A DNA stretch of 64,000 nucleotides from NCBI GenBank assembly GCA_002269645.1, contig NIVC01000126.1:620001-684000 (forward strand), written 5' to 3'. Origin of the DNA: Macrostomum lignano (lineage: Eukaryota). The notes under the pieces were generated by a model. That model saw only the letters and a program-made list of their open reading frames with translations. It did not search any database and was not told the origin of the DNA. This document shows positions 1 through 20,702 of the stretch, in pieces; position 1 is the stretch's first letter; each line of letters starts with the position of its first letter. A program made the translations under genes and the position numbers.

Positions 1-520
1 CCAATCTACCTAATAATCTATCTACCTACATGTACCTACTAATCTACCTATCTTCCAATCCACCTACCAATCCAATCTATTTACCTACACTCAAGGGATC
101 CACCTACCTACCTACCTGGTAGTTAATTTTTCTTTCTAACATTTCTTAATCCTCATCCATCAAATCCCGTCCCTTCGAGTCCCAGCTCCCTGTTCCCCAT
201 CATTAATGCTAATTAACCACTACTCCACTCGCATCCTTTCCCACCCCGCTGGTAGGCAGCGGGGGTCCCGGACTTTCTCTCCTCTCCCATTCTCACCCCT
301 CCTCTCAAATCCTTCCTTTGTTTTCATAGCTTCATTTTTTGAGCCTATCTGCCTGTCTGTCTGTTTGCACAAGTGTCCTTTCCCATCCACTTTCCCCGCG
401 GGTGACTGACACAAACTCACTCACGGGATTTCCATAGCTACACTGAGGAAAAAAGTATGCATATCTCCTATATCGACTCCCTTTCTACCGTGACAGGACT
501 GGCTAGCCAAGAAGATCGGA

Positions 521-3500
521 ATGGTTGCTGCCCCCGTTGCTAGGCAGTTGCTATCCGTTGCAGCGGCAATTCTCATTGTCCAATTGTCCGCTGCATCCCC
601 GACAACGGGTATTGCAGCTTCATCAACGAAAAGCCATGGCTGCTCGGATGTATCTGGTAGAACTGCTCGTCTCAATTCAATGGTTTTAGCTAGCGAGTGT
701 AAGTGCCTCTGAGTATTGGCTGCTTGTGTCTGAGAATGTTCTCAATGTTTGTATTATGGACTCTGGAATGCTGTTTGAGTTCTATATGTTATTGCTTTTG
801 GGAGCATTGATGTTCTTATACAGTTATCTGAAATCTTGCAATGCCAGGTGCTATGATGCTCATTCTAGATAGTCATTCTAGATGGCCACTCCAGATCGTC
901 ACTTCAGATGGTCACTCTACGAGTAGATGGTCACTCCAGATGGTCACTCCAGATGGTCACTCCAGATGGTCACTCCAGATGGTCACTCCAGATGGTCACT
1001 CTAGATGGCCACTCCAGATGGTCACTCAAGTAGATGATCACTCCAGACAGTCACTCTAGTATCACTCCAGGTGGTCACAATAGATAGTCACACTAGATAG
1101 TTACTCAAGTAGATGGTGACTCGAGGTCGAGTAAATGATCACTCCAGACAGTCACTCTAGTATCACTCCAGGTGGTCACAATAGATAGTCACACCAGATA
1201 GTTACTCAAGTAGATGGTGACTCGAGGTCGAGCAAATGATCACTCCAGATCAGTCACTCCAGATCAATCACACCAAAGAGTCACTCCATCCGTTCCACCG
1301 TTAACTTTTGTTCGCATTCGCAGATGTGGGCGGTTCCCTGATGCCCTACACCAGAGCCACCGTGACCATAGACGGTGTGCCGGGACTGCACCAGGGCACA
1401 GGTCCAGAATTTGTCGGATCAACAGAGCAGCTGACTGGAGACAAAGCTGCAGGCTCCGATGATTTCCTACTGTTATTGAATCTCTCGGGTCTGAGATGCC
1501 TGTGCACTTACAGTTCTGATGGAGCTTTTAGCTACTGTTCCGAGTAAGTAGCGAGATGAAGGGACAGAGATGAAGGGACAGGAGATGAAGGGACAAAGAT
1601 AAAGGGACAAAGATGAAGGGACAAAGATAAAGGGACAAAGATGAAGGGACAAAGATAAAGGGACAAGAGAGGAAGGGACAAAGATAAAGAGACAGATAGG
1701 TGGGGACAGAGATGAAGGGACGAAATATAAAGGGACAAAGATAAAGGGACAAAGATAAAGGGACGAAAGATAATGAGACAAAAATGAAGGGACAAAGATG
1801 AAGGGACGAAATATAAAGAGACAGATAGGTGGGGACAAAGATGAAGGGACGAAAGATATAGGGACAGAGATGAAGGCACAGAGATGAAGGGACATGCTTT
1901 AACTTGCAAGAAATTGGACGAACTAAATTGCAGTTTGTCAACTCCGGAACCGCCTTGGCCAGCCGCTGACAATTGTCAGTGGCATCTGACAAGCGGCGGT
2001 CAGCTAGTTGAAACTGACATCTCTAACCAAAATTTCACCTGCTTGGATCGGGCGACAACGTCCGTGAGCAATCCGGATCAGTTTTGGCCGAAAGTTTCGT
2101 CGGTCAACAATGATTTTGGATTCGACGACACTCTGTTTATAAAGTACAGCTACTCCGCTGTGCAGTGTAAGATCGTCAATGAGTCTGTTTTGCTTCTATA
2201 TCGAGTCAGTAAGCTTGGAGATCTAGTGATTAGGGTTGGAGATCTAGTGATTAGGGTTGGAGATCTAGTCATTAGGGTTGGAGATCTAGTGATTAGGGTT
2301 GGAGATCTAGTGATTAGGGTTGGAGATCTAGTGATTAGGGTTGGAGATCTAGTCATTAGGGTTGGAGATCTAGTGATTAGGGTTGGAGATCTAGTCATTA
2401 GGGTTGGAGATCTAGTCATTAGGGTTGGAGATCTAGTGATTAGGGTTGGAGATCTAGTGATTAGGGTTGGAGATCTAGTGATTAGGGTTGGAGATCTAGT
2501 CATTAGGGTTGGAGATCTAGTGATTAGGGTTGGAGATCTAGTCATTAGGGTTGGAGATCTAGTGATTAGGGTTGGAGATCTAGTTATTAGGGTTGGAGAT
2601 CTAGTGATTAGGGTTGGAGATCTAGTGATTAGGGTTGGAGATCTAGTCATTAGGGTTGGAGATTTAGTCATTAGGGTTGGAGATCTAGTCAGTAAGTTTG
2701 GAGATCTAGTCATTAAGGTTGGAGATCTAGTCATTAAGATCAGAGATCTAGTCATTAAGGTTGGAGATCTAGTCATTGGGGTTGGAGATCTAGTCAGTAA
2801 GTTTGGAGATCTAGTCAGTAAGCTTGGAGATCTAGTGATTAGGGTTGGAGATCTAGTCATTAGGGTTGGAGATCTAGTGATTAGGGTTGGAGATCTAGTC
2901 ATTAGGGTTGGAGATCTAGTGATTAGGGTTGGAGATCTAGTGATTGGGGTTGGAGATCTAGTGATAGGGTTGGAGATCTAGTGATTAGGGTTGGAGATCT
3001 AGTCATTAGGGTTGGAGATCTAGTGATTAGGGTTGGAGATCTAGTCATTAGGGTTGGAGATCTAGTGATTAGGGTTGGAGATCTAGTCATTAGGGTTGGA
3101 GATCTAGTGATTAGGGTTGGAGATCTAGTGATTAGGGTTGGAGATCTAGTCATTAGGGTTGGAGATTTAGTCATTAGGGTTGGAGATCTAGTCAGTAAGT
3201 TTGGAGATCTAGTCATTAAGGTTGGAGATCTAGTCATTAAGATCAGAGATCTAGTCATTAAGGTTGGAGATCTAGTCATTGGGGTTGGAGATCTAGTCAG
3301 TAAGTTTGGAGATCTAGTCAGTAAGTTTGGAGATCTAGTCATTAAGGTTGGTGATCTAGTCATTGGGGTTGGAGATCTAGTCATTGGGGTTGGAGATCTA
3401 GTCATTGGGGTTGGAGATCTAGTCATTGGGGTTGGAGATCTAGTCATTGGGGTTGGAGATCTAGTCATTGGGGTTGGAGATCTAGTCATTGGGGTTGGAG

Positions 3501-6337
3501 ATCTAGTCATTGGGGTTGGAGATCTAGTCATTAGGGTTAGAGATCTAGTCATTGGGGTTGGAGAACTAGTCATTAAGGTTGGAGATCTAGTCATTGGGGT
3601 TGGAGATCTAGTCATTAGGGTTAGAGATCTAGTCATTGGGGTTGGAGATCTAGTCATTGGGGTTGGAGAACTAGTCATTGGGGTTGGAGATCTAGTCATT
3701 GGGGTTGGAGATCTAGTCATTGGGGTTGGAGATCTAGTCATTGGGGTTGGAGATCTAGTTAGTAAGAGCATAATTATTATATAATAAGTCTCATAAGTTA
3801 TCTCCGGCATCAAGTAAGTGAACGAAGACAGCTTGTCAGTACTAGCAAAGATTAATATATTTATCATTCATATTTTTCTACAGACTTCAATGGCAGCCGT
3901 CATTTGGCATTCCTAGCCGACGCTATCATCAATAGTCTATGGCCTGTCCGTATCAGCGTCCTGCGCCAACAGAGCGAAGGGGAGAGAGGCGGAAGCGGCG
4001 GCCAGGGGCGAGTGCTGATCTATAGGAAATATTTTGGCTGGTCAGGGCACTGCCTACACGAGTGTCGGGCTGTGTACCGGGCGGGCTCCAGCTACCGGAC
4101 TGTGGAGCAGAGTTGCACCGAGTAAGCGAAAGTGACAGATCGTGTGGAGAGAAGATGGAATTGATTAGAATTGAGTATAAGTGTGACAGATAGATTAGAA
4201 GTGAGAATAAGTGTGACAGATAGATTAGAAGTGAGAATATTACGTGAAAGACAGGTTAGAAGTGAGAATATTACGTGAAAGACAGATTAGAGTGAGAATA
4301 AGTGTGACAGACAGATTAGAAGTGAGAATATTACGTGAAAGACAGATTAGAGTGAGAATAAGTGTGAAAGACAGATTAGGAGTGAGAATAAGTGTGACAG
4401 ACAGATTAGGAGTGAGAATAAGTGTGACAGACAGATTAGGAGTGAGTATAAATGTGACAGATAGATTAGGAGTGAGAATAAGTGTGACAGACAGATTAGG
4501 AGTGAGAATAAGTGTGAAAGACAGATTAGAGTGAGAATAAGTGTGAAAGACAGATTAGGAGTGAGAATAAGTGTGACAGACAGATTAGGAGTGAGAATAA
4601 GTGTGACAGACATATTAGGAGTGAGAATAAGTGTGACAGACATATTAGGAGTGAGAATAAGTGTGACAGACAGATTAGGAGTGAGAATAAGTGTGAAAGA
4701 CAGATTAGGAGTGAGAATAAGTGTGACAGACAGATTAGAAGTGAGAATATTACGTGAAAGACAGATTAGAGTGAGAATAAGTGTGAAAGACAGATTAGGA
4801 GTGAGAATAAGTGTGACAGACAGATTAGGAGTGAGAATAAGTGTGACAGACATATTAGGAGTGAGAATAAGTGTGACAGACAGATTAGGAGTGAGAATAA
4901 GTGTGAAAGACAGATTAGGAGTGAGAATAAGTGTGACAGACAGATTAGGAGTGAGAATAAGTGTGACAGACAGATTAGAATTGAGAATAAGTGTGACAGA
5001 CAGATTAGGAGTGAGTATAAATGTGACAGATAGATTAGGAGTGAGAATAAGTGTGACAGACAGATTAGGAGTGAGAATAAGTGTGAAAGACAGATTAGGA
5101 GTGAGTATACGTGTGACAGACAGATTAGAAGTGAGAATAAGTGTGACAGACAGATTAGGAGTGAGAATAAGTGTGACAGAGAGATTAGGAGTGAGTATAA
5201 ATGTGACAGATAGATTAGGAGTGAGAATAAGTGTGACAGACAGATTAGGAGTGAGAATAAGTGACAGGCAGATTGGGAGTAAGAACCGGCGTATGTATCT
5301 GATGCACATATTCACAGACTTCAACAACTGACACCTGTCTAATTCAGGCTGGTCAGCGCTCAGACTGAAGCTCATACCGCATCTGAGTGCGTCTGGACAT
5401 TCGCAGTGGACTGCAAGCCGGTGCTGGTGAGGGCTGACAATAGAAGCTTGGCCTGTACGAACCGGCAGAATAAAGAAGATGAGTCTACTGATTTAGCTGG
5501 GACCAGGTGAGTTCTGTGGGAGATGAGTGAGTGAAGGGGTGAGATTAGAGAAGGGAGAGGGGGATTAGAGAGGGGAGAGGGGTGAGATTAGAGAGGGGTG
5601 AGGGAGTGAGATTAGAGAAGGGAGAGGGATGGAAATTAGAGAAGGGAGCTCAGGGAGTGAGATTAGAGAAGGAGGACAAAGGGAGATCAGAGAAGGGAGA
5701 GGTAAGAGAGGGAGATTAGAGAAGGTAGAGGTGAGAGAGGGAGAGGTAAGAGAGGGAGATTAGAGAATGGAGAGGTGAGAAATTGAGATTAGAGAAGGAA
5801 GAGAGGAGAGAGATTAGAGAAGGGAGAGGTGAGAGAGGGAGATTAGAGAAGGGAGAGGTGAGAGAGGGAGATTAGAGAAGTGAGAGTTGAGAAGGGAGAT
5901 TAGAGAAGTGAGAGGTGAGAGAGGGAGATTAGAAAACGGAGAGGTGAGAGAGGGAGATTAGACAGGAGAATGCACACCCTGCAGATTCTCAGAGAGCACA
6001 TTGCACACTTCTTTCGTTAAACCGCAAATTCTCAAATTTAAAAACAAACTTCAGCCCTGCAAATCCTACAACTTCAACCGCGTACATGGAACCTGAGACT
6101 TCAACTGCGAGCATTGAGGCCACTGCTCACTGGCCAGACGACAATGTCACCGACTTTGTCACACCTTCACCGAGTTCTGATTGGTCGAACGAGACTCAAT
6201 GCTACATTAAGCTGAGACTTTTTGGCGGTGGAACAGCGCTGTCCCCAAACTTGCAGCTTCTTTTCATCAGCAAAATCTTAGTTGCCATGCTTGCTGTGTA
6301 CGAATATAACTTGTTTATTGATTTTGCTTTCATTTGA
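521..6337 (+). CDS. Orphan secreted/surface protein (~436 aa): signal peptide, two Cys-patterned modules, S/T-rich stalk, hydrophobic C-terminal tail (GPI-like)
   Basis: Exons 521-698, 1324-1543, 1934-2166, 3884-4121, 5348-5506, 6055-6337. All introns are GT..AG and the phases (1,2,1,2,2) join into one stop-free frame. N-terminus MVAAPVARQLLSVAAAILIVQLSAA; C-terminus GGGTALSPNLQLLFISKILVAMLAV... No family recognised. Confidence 0.75.
865..1285. repeat. Degenerate 13-bp minisatellite (AGATGGTCACTCC)n, intron 1 of orphan gene
   Basis: Direct reading of tandem units. Confidence 0.85.
1553..1893. repeat. 14-bp purine-rich minisatellite (AGATGAAGGGACAA/G)n, intron 2
   Basis: Tandem units starting just after the GTAAGT donor at 1544. 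Confidence 0.9.
2205..3765. repeat. 21-bp minisatellite (GGAGATCTAGTCATTAGGGTT)n, intron 3
   Basis: ~70 units; source of the spurious VGDLVIR and TRSPTLI ORFs. Confidence 0.95.
4150..5265. repeat. 30-bp minisatellite (AGTGAGAATAAGTGTGACAGACAGATTAGG)n, intron 4
   Basis: Tandem units. Confidence 0.95.
5525..5968. repeat. GA-rich ~29-bp minisatellite, intron 5
   Basis: Units like GAGATTAGAGAAGGGAGAGGTGAGAGAGG. Confidence 0.85.
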
Positions 6338-6602
6338 GCACCTGGCCATTTCTAGGAAACTTTAACGTTGTGCGCAGTCTTTCATCCTGAAATACCATTG
6401 ATTGAGGCTTCTCAAAAATGTTATGATTGTGTAACATCGTAAAATATATTTAGTCTACAAGTGTTTTGGTGAAATTCCATATGCCCTAAAAACTGCTTCC
6501 CAAAAATTAGATCTGTTACACCTATTTTTCCTGACTCGCTTAACTTTTCTCCGAATTTGAATCCATGCGAAAATTTGGAAAGTTTTAACTTTCGTTTAAT
6601 TA

Positions 6603-6608
6603 AATAAA
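6603..6608 (+). terminator. Putative polyadenylation signal of the orphan gene
   Basis: AATAAA repeated in an AT-rich tract ~270 nt after the stop at 6337. Confidence 0.45.
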
Positions 6609-6804
6609 CAAATAAAACAAATAATTTAAATAATTAAATAAACAAACTGCGCAATTATTTGAATGTTTTTACAGTAAAATTTATCATTAATGATTTAAAC
6701 AGACGAGCTACTATAAGTAGAAATAAACAAAAAACTTACTTTAGGTGCATTTTTAAAAGGTGCTCATTTTAGATGGTTTTCGATGATTCTGGCTAATGTC
6801 AGAT

Positions 6805-7055
6805 GATGCCGGATGATGCTGGGTGATGCTGGGTGATGCTGGATCATGACGGATGATGCCGGATGATGCTGGGTGATGCTGGATTATGACGGATGATGCT
6901 GGGTGATGCCGGATGATGCTTCGTGATGCTGGATGATGCCGGATGATGCTGGGTGATGCCGGATAATGCTGGGTGATGCCAGATGATGCTGGTTGATGCT
7001 GAATGATGCTGTGTAATGCTGAATGATGCTGGGTGATGCTGGGTGATGCTAGATA
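6805..7055. repeat. 10-bp minisatellite (GATGCTGGGT/GATGCCGGAT)n
   Basis: Tandem units. Confidence 0.85.
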
Positions 7056-7504
7056 ATCTGATATTTAAAGAAAACATCTGGTTCATTATATGATGCAATA
7101 AAAGCTACGCTTGAGAACTGGAGGCTAAAAGAATAAATATTTTTTATGCCCTATTTTTCGAAAATTGTTGACAAGCCAGGTAATAAGTTTTTTTCGTACT
7201 ATTATCTTCCTTGAACTTGAGCTGGAAAAGGTCAACATATTCGTGTCACTGCTCCATCAAAATCGTGCTCAAGAGGTGAGCACAAAAGCTAGGAACACTC
7301 CAAGCTAGGTTAGTTGAAACCGTATTGAGTGCATTTTGTTGTTTTATGGGCCGAGCATTTCTATAAAAACCGCCTACGCTGGTAGGCTGACCTTTGAGCT
7401 GGACTTTCGCGCGAATGCTTTCAGTCAAGTGCTTCAGAATGCTTCAGGCATGAAGGGTCAAGTTTAGGAAAAAGTTATTTCTATTGGCTGTTGCTGAGGG
7501 GATG

Positions 7505-9552
7505 CCCTTTGGGGGCGCTTTGGGTGGCGCCTTGGGTAGCGCTTTTAGTGGCGCTCTGGGGGCGCTTTTAGTGGCGCTTTGGGTGGCGCTTTGGGTGGCG
7601 CTTTAGGTGGCCCCTTGTGGGTGCTTTTGTGGTGCTTTGGGTGGCGCTTTGGGTGGCGCTCTGGGGGGGGGCGCTTTGGGGGCGCTTTGGGTGGCGCTTT
7701 GGGTGACGCTTTGGGTGGCGCTCTGGGGGGCGCTTTGGGTGGCGCTTTGGGTGACGCTTTGGGTGGCGCTCTGGGGGGGCGCTTTGGGTGGCGCTTTGGG
7801 TGACGCTTTGGGTGGCGCTCTGGGGGGCACTTTGGGTGGCGCTCTGGGGGGCGCTTTGGGTGGCGCTTTGGGGGGCGCTTTGGGTGGCGCTTTGGGTGAC
7901 GCTTTGGGTGGCGCTCTGGGGGGCGCTTTGGGTGGCGCTCTGGGTGGCGCTTTGGGTGGCGCTTTGGGTGGCGCTTTGGGTGGCGCTTTGGGTGACGCTT
8001 TGGGTGGCACTCTGGGTGGCGCTTTGGGTGGCGCTCTGGGTGGCGCTTTGGGTGGCGCTTCAGGTGGCCCCTTGTGGGCGCTTTTGTGGTGTTTTGGGTG
8101 GCGCTTTGGGTGGCGCTCTGGGGGGCGCTTTGGGTGGCGCTCTGGGGGGGCGCTTTGGGTGGCGCTTTGGGTGGCGCTTTGGGTGGCGCTTTGGGTGGCG
8201 CTCTGGGTGGCGCTTTGGGTGGCGCTTCAGGTGGCCCCTTGTGGGCGCTTTTGTGGTGTTTTGGGTGGCGCTTTGGGTGGCGCTCTGGGGGGCGCTTTGG
8301 GTGGCGCTTTGGGTGGCGCTTTGGGTGGCGCTTTGGGTGGCGCTTTGGGTGGCGCTTTGGGTGGCGCTTTGGGTGGCGCTTTGGGTGGCGCTTTGGGTGG
8401 CGCTTTGGGTGGCGCTTTGGGTGGCGCTTTGGGCGGCACTTTAGATGGCGCTCTGGGTGGCGCTTTGGGCGGCACTTTGGGTGGCGCTCTGGGGGGCGCT
8501 TTGGGTGGCGCTTTGGGTGGAGCTTTGGGGGGCGCTTTGGGGGGCGCTTTGGGTGGCGCTTTGGGTGGCGCTCTGGGTGGCGCTTTGGGTGGCGCTTCAG
8601 GTGGCCCCTTGTGGGCGCTTTTGTGGTGTTTTGGGTGGCGCTTTGGGTGGCGCTCTGGGGGCGCTTTGGGTGGCGCTCTGGGGGGCGCTTTGGGTGGCGC
8701 TTTGGGTGGCGCTTTGGGTGGCGCTTTGGGTGGCGCTCTGGGTGGCGCTTTGGGTGGCGCTTCAGGTGGCCCCTTGTGGGCGCTTTTGTGGTGTTTTGGG
8801 TGGCGCTTTGGGTGGCGCTCTGGGGGGCGCTTTGGGTGGCGCTTTGGGTGGCGCTTTGGGTGGCGCTTTGGGTGGCGCTTTGGGTGGCGCTTTGGGTGGC
8901 GCTTTGGGTGGCGCTTTGGGCGGCACTTTGGATGGCGCTCTGGGTGGCGCTTTGGGCGGCACTTTGGGTGGCGCTCTGGGGGGCGCTTTGGGTGGCGCTT
9001 TGGGTGGCGCTCTGGGGGGCGCTTTGGGTGGCGCTTTGGGTGGCGCTTTGGGTGGCGCTTTGGGGGGCGCTTTGGGTGGCGCTTTGGGTGGAGCTTTGGG
9101 GGGCGCTCTGGGGGCGCTTTGAGTGGCGCTCTGGGTGGCGCTTTGGGTGGAGCTTTGGGGGGCGCTTTGGGTGGCGCTTTGGGTGGAGCTTTGGGGGCGC
9201 TTTGGGGGCGCTTTGGGTGGCGCTCTGGGGGGCGCTTTTAGTGGCGCTTTGGGTGGCGCTTTGGGTGGAGCTTTGGGGGCGCTTTGGGGGCGCTTTGGGT
9301 GGCGCTCTGGGGGGCGCTTTGAGTGGCGCTCTGGGTGGCGCTTTGGGTGGCGCTCTGGGGGGCGCTTTGGGTGGCGCTTTGGGTGGCGCTTCAGGTGGCC
9401 CCTTGTGGGCGCTTTTGTGGTGTTTTGGGTGGCGCTTTGGGTGGCGCTCTGGGGGGCGCTTTGAGTGGCGCTCTGGGTGGCGCTTTGGGTGGCGCTTGGG
9501 TGGCGCTCTGGGGGGGTGCTTTGGGTGGCGTTTCGGGTGGCGCTCTGGGTGG
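7505..9552. repeat. 12-bp G-rich minisatellite (GGGTGGCGCTTT)n with a recurring variant block
   Basis: ~2 kb of tandem units; generates the 500-670 aa low-complexity ORFs. Confidence 0.95.
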
Positions 9553-10112
9553 CTCATTATGAGCGGAAAAGAAGTTGCTTCCGTTGCGCTGTTAAATAAA
9601 CAGTTTATCTGGCCTGGTCGACCTTTGCAATCCGAAGAAGCAGGTATTTTTTAATGATTTTTTGCTTCCAAAAAAGCTACAAATATTAATCGCCCTCTGT
9701 TCGTGTATTGTACTCAGCCTAATGAGAACAGGACTCTTAGATCTGCTTTTGCCAGAATCTGGAACTCGAGCACTCACGGACGTTGCATTTCCGTACTGAA
9801 GAAAAAATTTGAGTTTTCTAAGAACTCACCATACTGTTATCTGCGAAAGCAGAAAAATGAAGAAGCGGGCAAGGAGGATTTTCTCTTTTTTATCTAGCAA
9901 TCCTTGCCTGGGGCTTTGGGATTCCAAAAGACTTCCTCAACTTGAGCGCAAAAATCAAGCCAGTTAAGAGTTCACGCGGCGTCTCCTTAGAGACTGAAGG
10001 CCAGAAGTTTGATTGACGGGGATAGACAGGCTGGCAGATTTGTATCGACCATAGACAGTGCGGCATTCTCCAGTTCCTTGCTCTGTTTAGGCTTCCTTGG
10101 CTGCTTCTGGAA

Positions 10113-11043
10113 ATTCAAGTTCGTGTCTGCTCTATTGCCTGTCTTTTATAGTGTCTGTCCTATTGCCTGTCTTTCAGTGTCTGTCCTATTGCCTGTCTTT
10201 CAGTGTCTGTCCTATTGCCTGTCTTTCGGTGTCTGTCCTATTGCCTGTCTTTCAGTGTCTGTCCTATTGCCTGTCTTTTATAGTGTCTGTCCTATTGCCT
10301 GTCTTTCAGTGTCTGTCCTATTGCCTGTCTTTCAGTGTCTGTCCTATTGCCTGTCTTTCAGTGTCTGTCCTATTGCCTGTCTTTCGGTGTCTGTCCTATT
10401 GCCTGTCTTTCAGTGTCTGTCCTATTGCCTGTCTTTCGGTGTCTGTCCTATTGCCTGTCTTTCAGTGTCTGTCCTATTGCCTGTCTTTCAGTGTCTGTCC
10501 TATTGCCTGTCTTTCGGTGTCTGTCCTATTGCCTGTCTTTCAGTGTCTGTCCTATTGCCTGTCTTTTATAGTGTCTGTCCTATTGCCTGTCTTTCAGTGT
10601 CTGTCCTATTGCCTGTCTTTCAGTGTCTGTCCTATTGCCTGTCTTTCAGTGTCTGTCCTATTGCCTGTCTTTCGGTGTCTGTCCTATTGCCTGTCTTTCA
10701 GTGTCTGTCCTATTGCCTGTCTTTCGGTGTCTGTCCTATTGCCTGTCTTTCAGTGTCTGTCCTATTGCCTGTCTTTTATAGTGTCTGTCCTATTGCCTGT
10801 CTTTTATAGTGTCTGTCCTATTGCCTGTCTTTCAGTGTCTGTCCTATTGCCTGTCTTTCAGTGTCTGTCCTATTGCCTGTCTTTCGGTGTCTGTCCTATT
10901 GCCTGTCTTTCAGTGTCTGTCCTATTGCCTGTCTTTCGGTGTCTGTCCTATTGCCTGTCTTTCAGTGTCTGTCCTATTGCCTGTCTTTCAGTGTCTGTCC
11001 TATTGCCTGTCTTTCAGTGTATGTCCTATTGCCTGTCTTTCAG

Positions 11044-11091
<48 letters not shown>

Positions 11092-11103
11092 GGTCTGTCT
11101 ATC
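10113..11103. repeat. 26-bp minisatellite (GTGTCTGTCCTATTGCCTGTCTTTCA)n grading into (TCTG)n
   Basis: Tandem units; pure TCTG from ~11045. Confidence 0.95.
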
Positions 11104-11455
11104 TGTTTTCCTTTCAACTATTGAAAAAACTCAATAGCTTAAATTAAGTAATTGAAAATTGTGAAGCTTCATTCTTCTGTTCAAATTTTCCCTTAAAAAA
11201 TAAAGCAGAAGATACAAAGAAGCCCTCAATCCCAAAGCCGTCCAGAAAGCACTTGCTTTTGTTAAAATCAACTGAGGTCGTAAAAAAGGTCTCAGAATCC
11301 GGTTCCAGAGCATTTCAAACTTTCTCAATTGAAAGCCAATTAACAAAAAATGAACTTTCAAATAACTGCAGGCTTTTTAGTTTGAATCATACGACTCATA
11401 TGTCTGTGCTTAGTAACCATTTGTATTGTAATAAGCTGAATGCTGGTGCAGCCAG

Positions 11456-11489
11456 CCCTGATTGGTTGGCGCGATTTCAGCCAATGAGA
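11456..11489. promoter_or_regulatory. Pair of inverted CCAAT (NF-Y-type) boxes upstream of the IP3R-like gene
   Basis: CTGATTGGTT (ATTGG at 11461-11465) and CAGCCAATGAG (CCAAT at 11481-11485), ~170 nt before the ATG at 11654. Confidence 0.5.
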
Positions 11490-11653
11490 GACAGAGAGAG
11501 CAGAGCTGTTTCTAAAAAAACTGATCGTGGTCCGATTGAAAAGCTGGTGTAAATCCGAGAAAAATTGGAACTAGTTTATTCTGGTTTATCGTTTCAACTA
11601 GAGAAATTCAGACAACTAGAGTAATAGTTTTATTTATTAATTTCTAACAAATA

Positions 11654-20592
<8,939 letters not shown>

Positions 20593-20702
20593 GTTGCTGG
20601 AGGGAGGGAAAGGAGCTGCATGGAACCTCTTGGGACCCTGGATGACACTTGCAAAAATTCATGATAGAAGATCGGAGAGAGTGGGCGATAAAGTGGAGTT
20701 AA

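Noticed and set aside
1884-5375. Long repetitive ORFs (VGDLVIR, TRSPTLI, DRLGVRISVT)
   Set aside because: Read-through of stop-free 21- and 30-bp units lying inside GT-AG introns of the orphan gene; open on both strands.
7545-9654. 500-670 aa GGAL / PKAP / WVAL ORFs resembling silk, glue or extensin proteins
   Set aside because: A 12-bp repeat open in nearly all frames, with no ATG context or signal peptide and frequent frame-switching indels.
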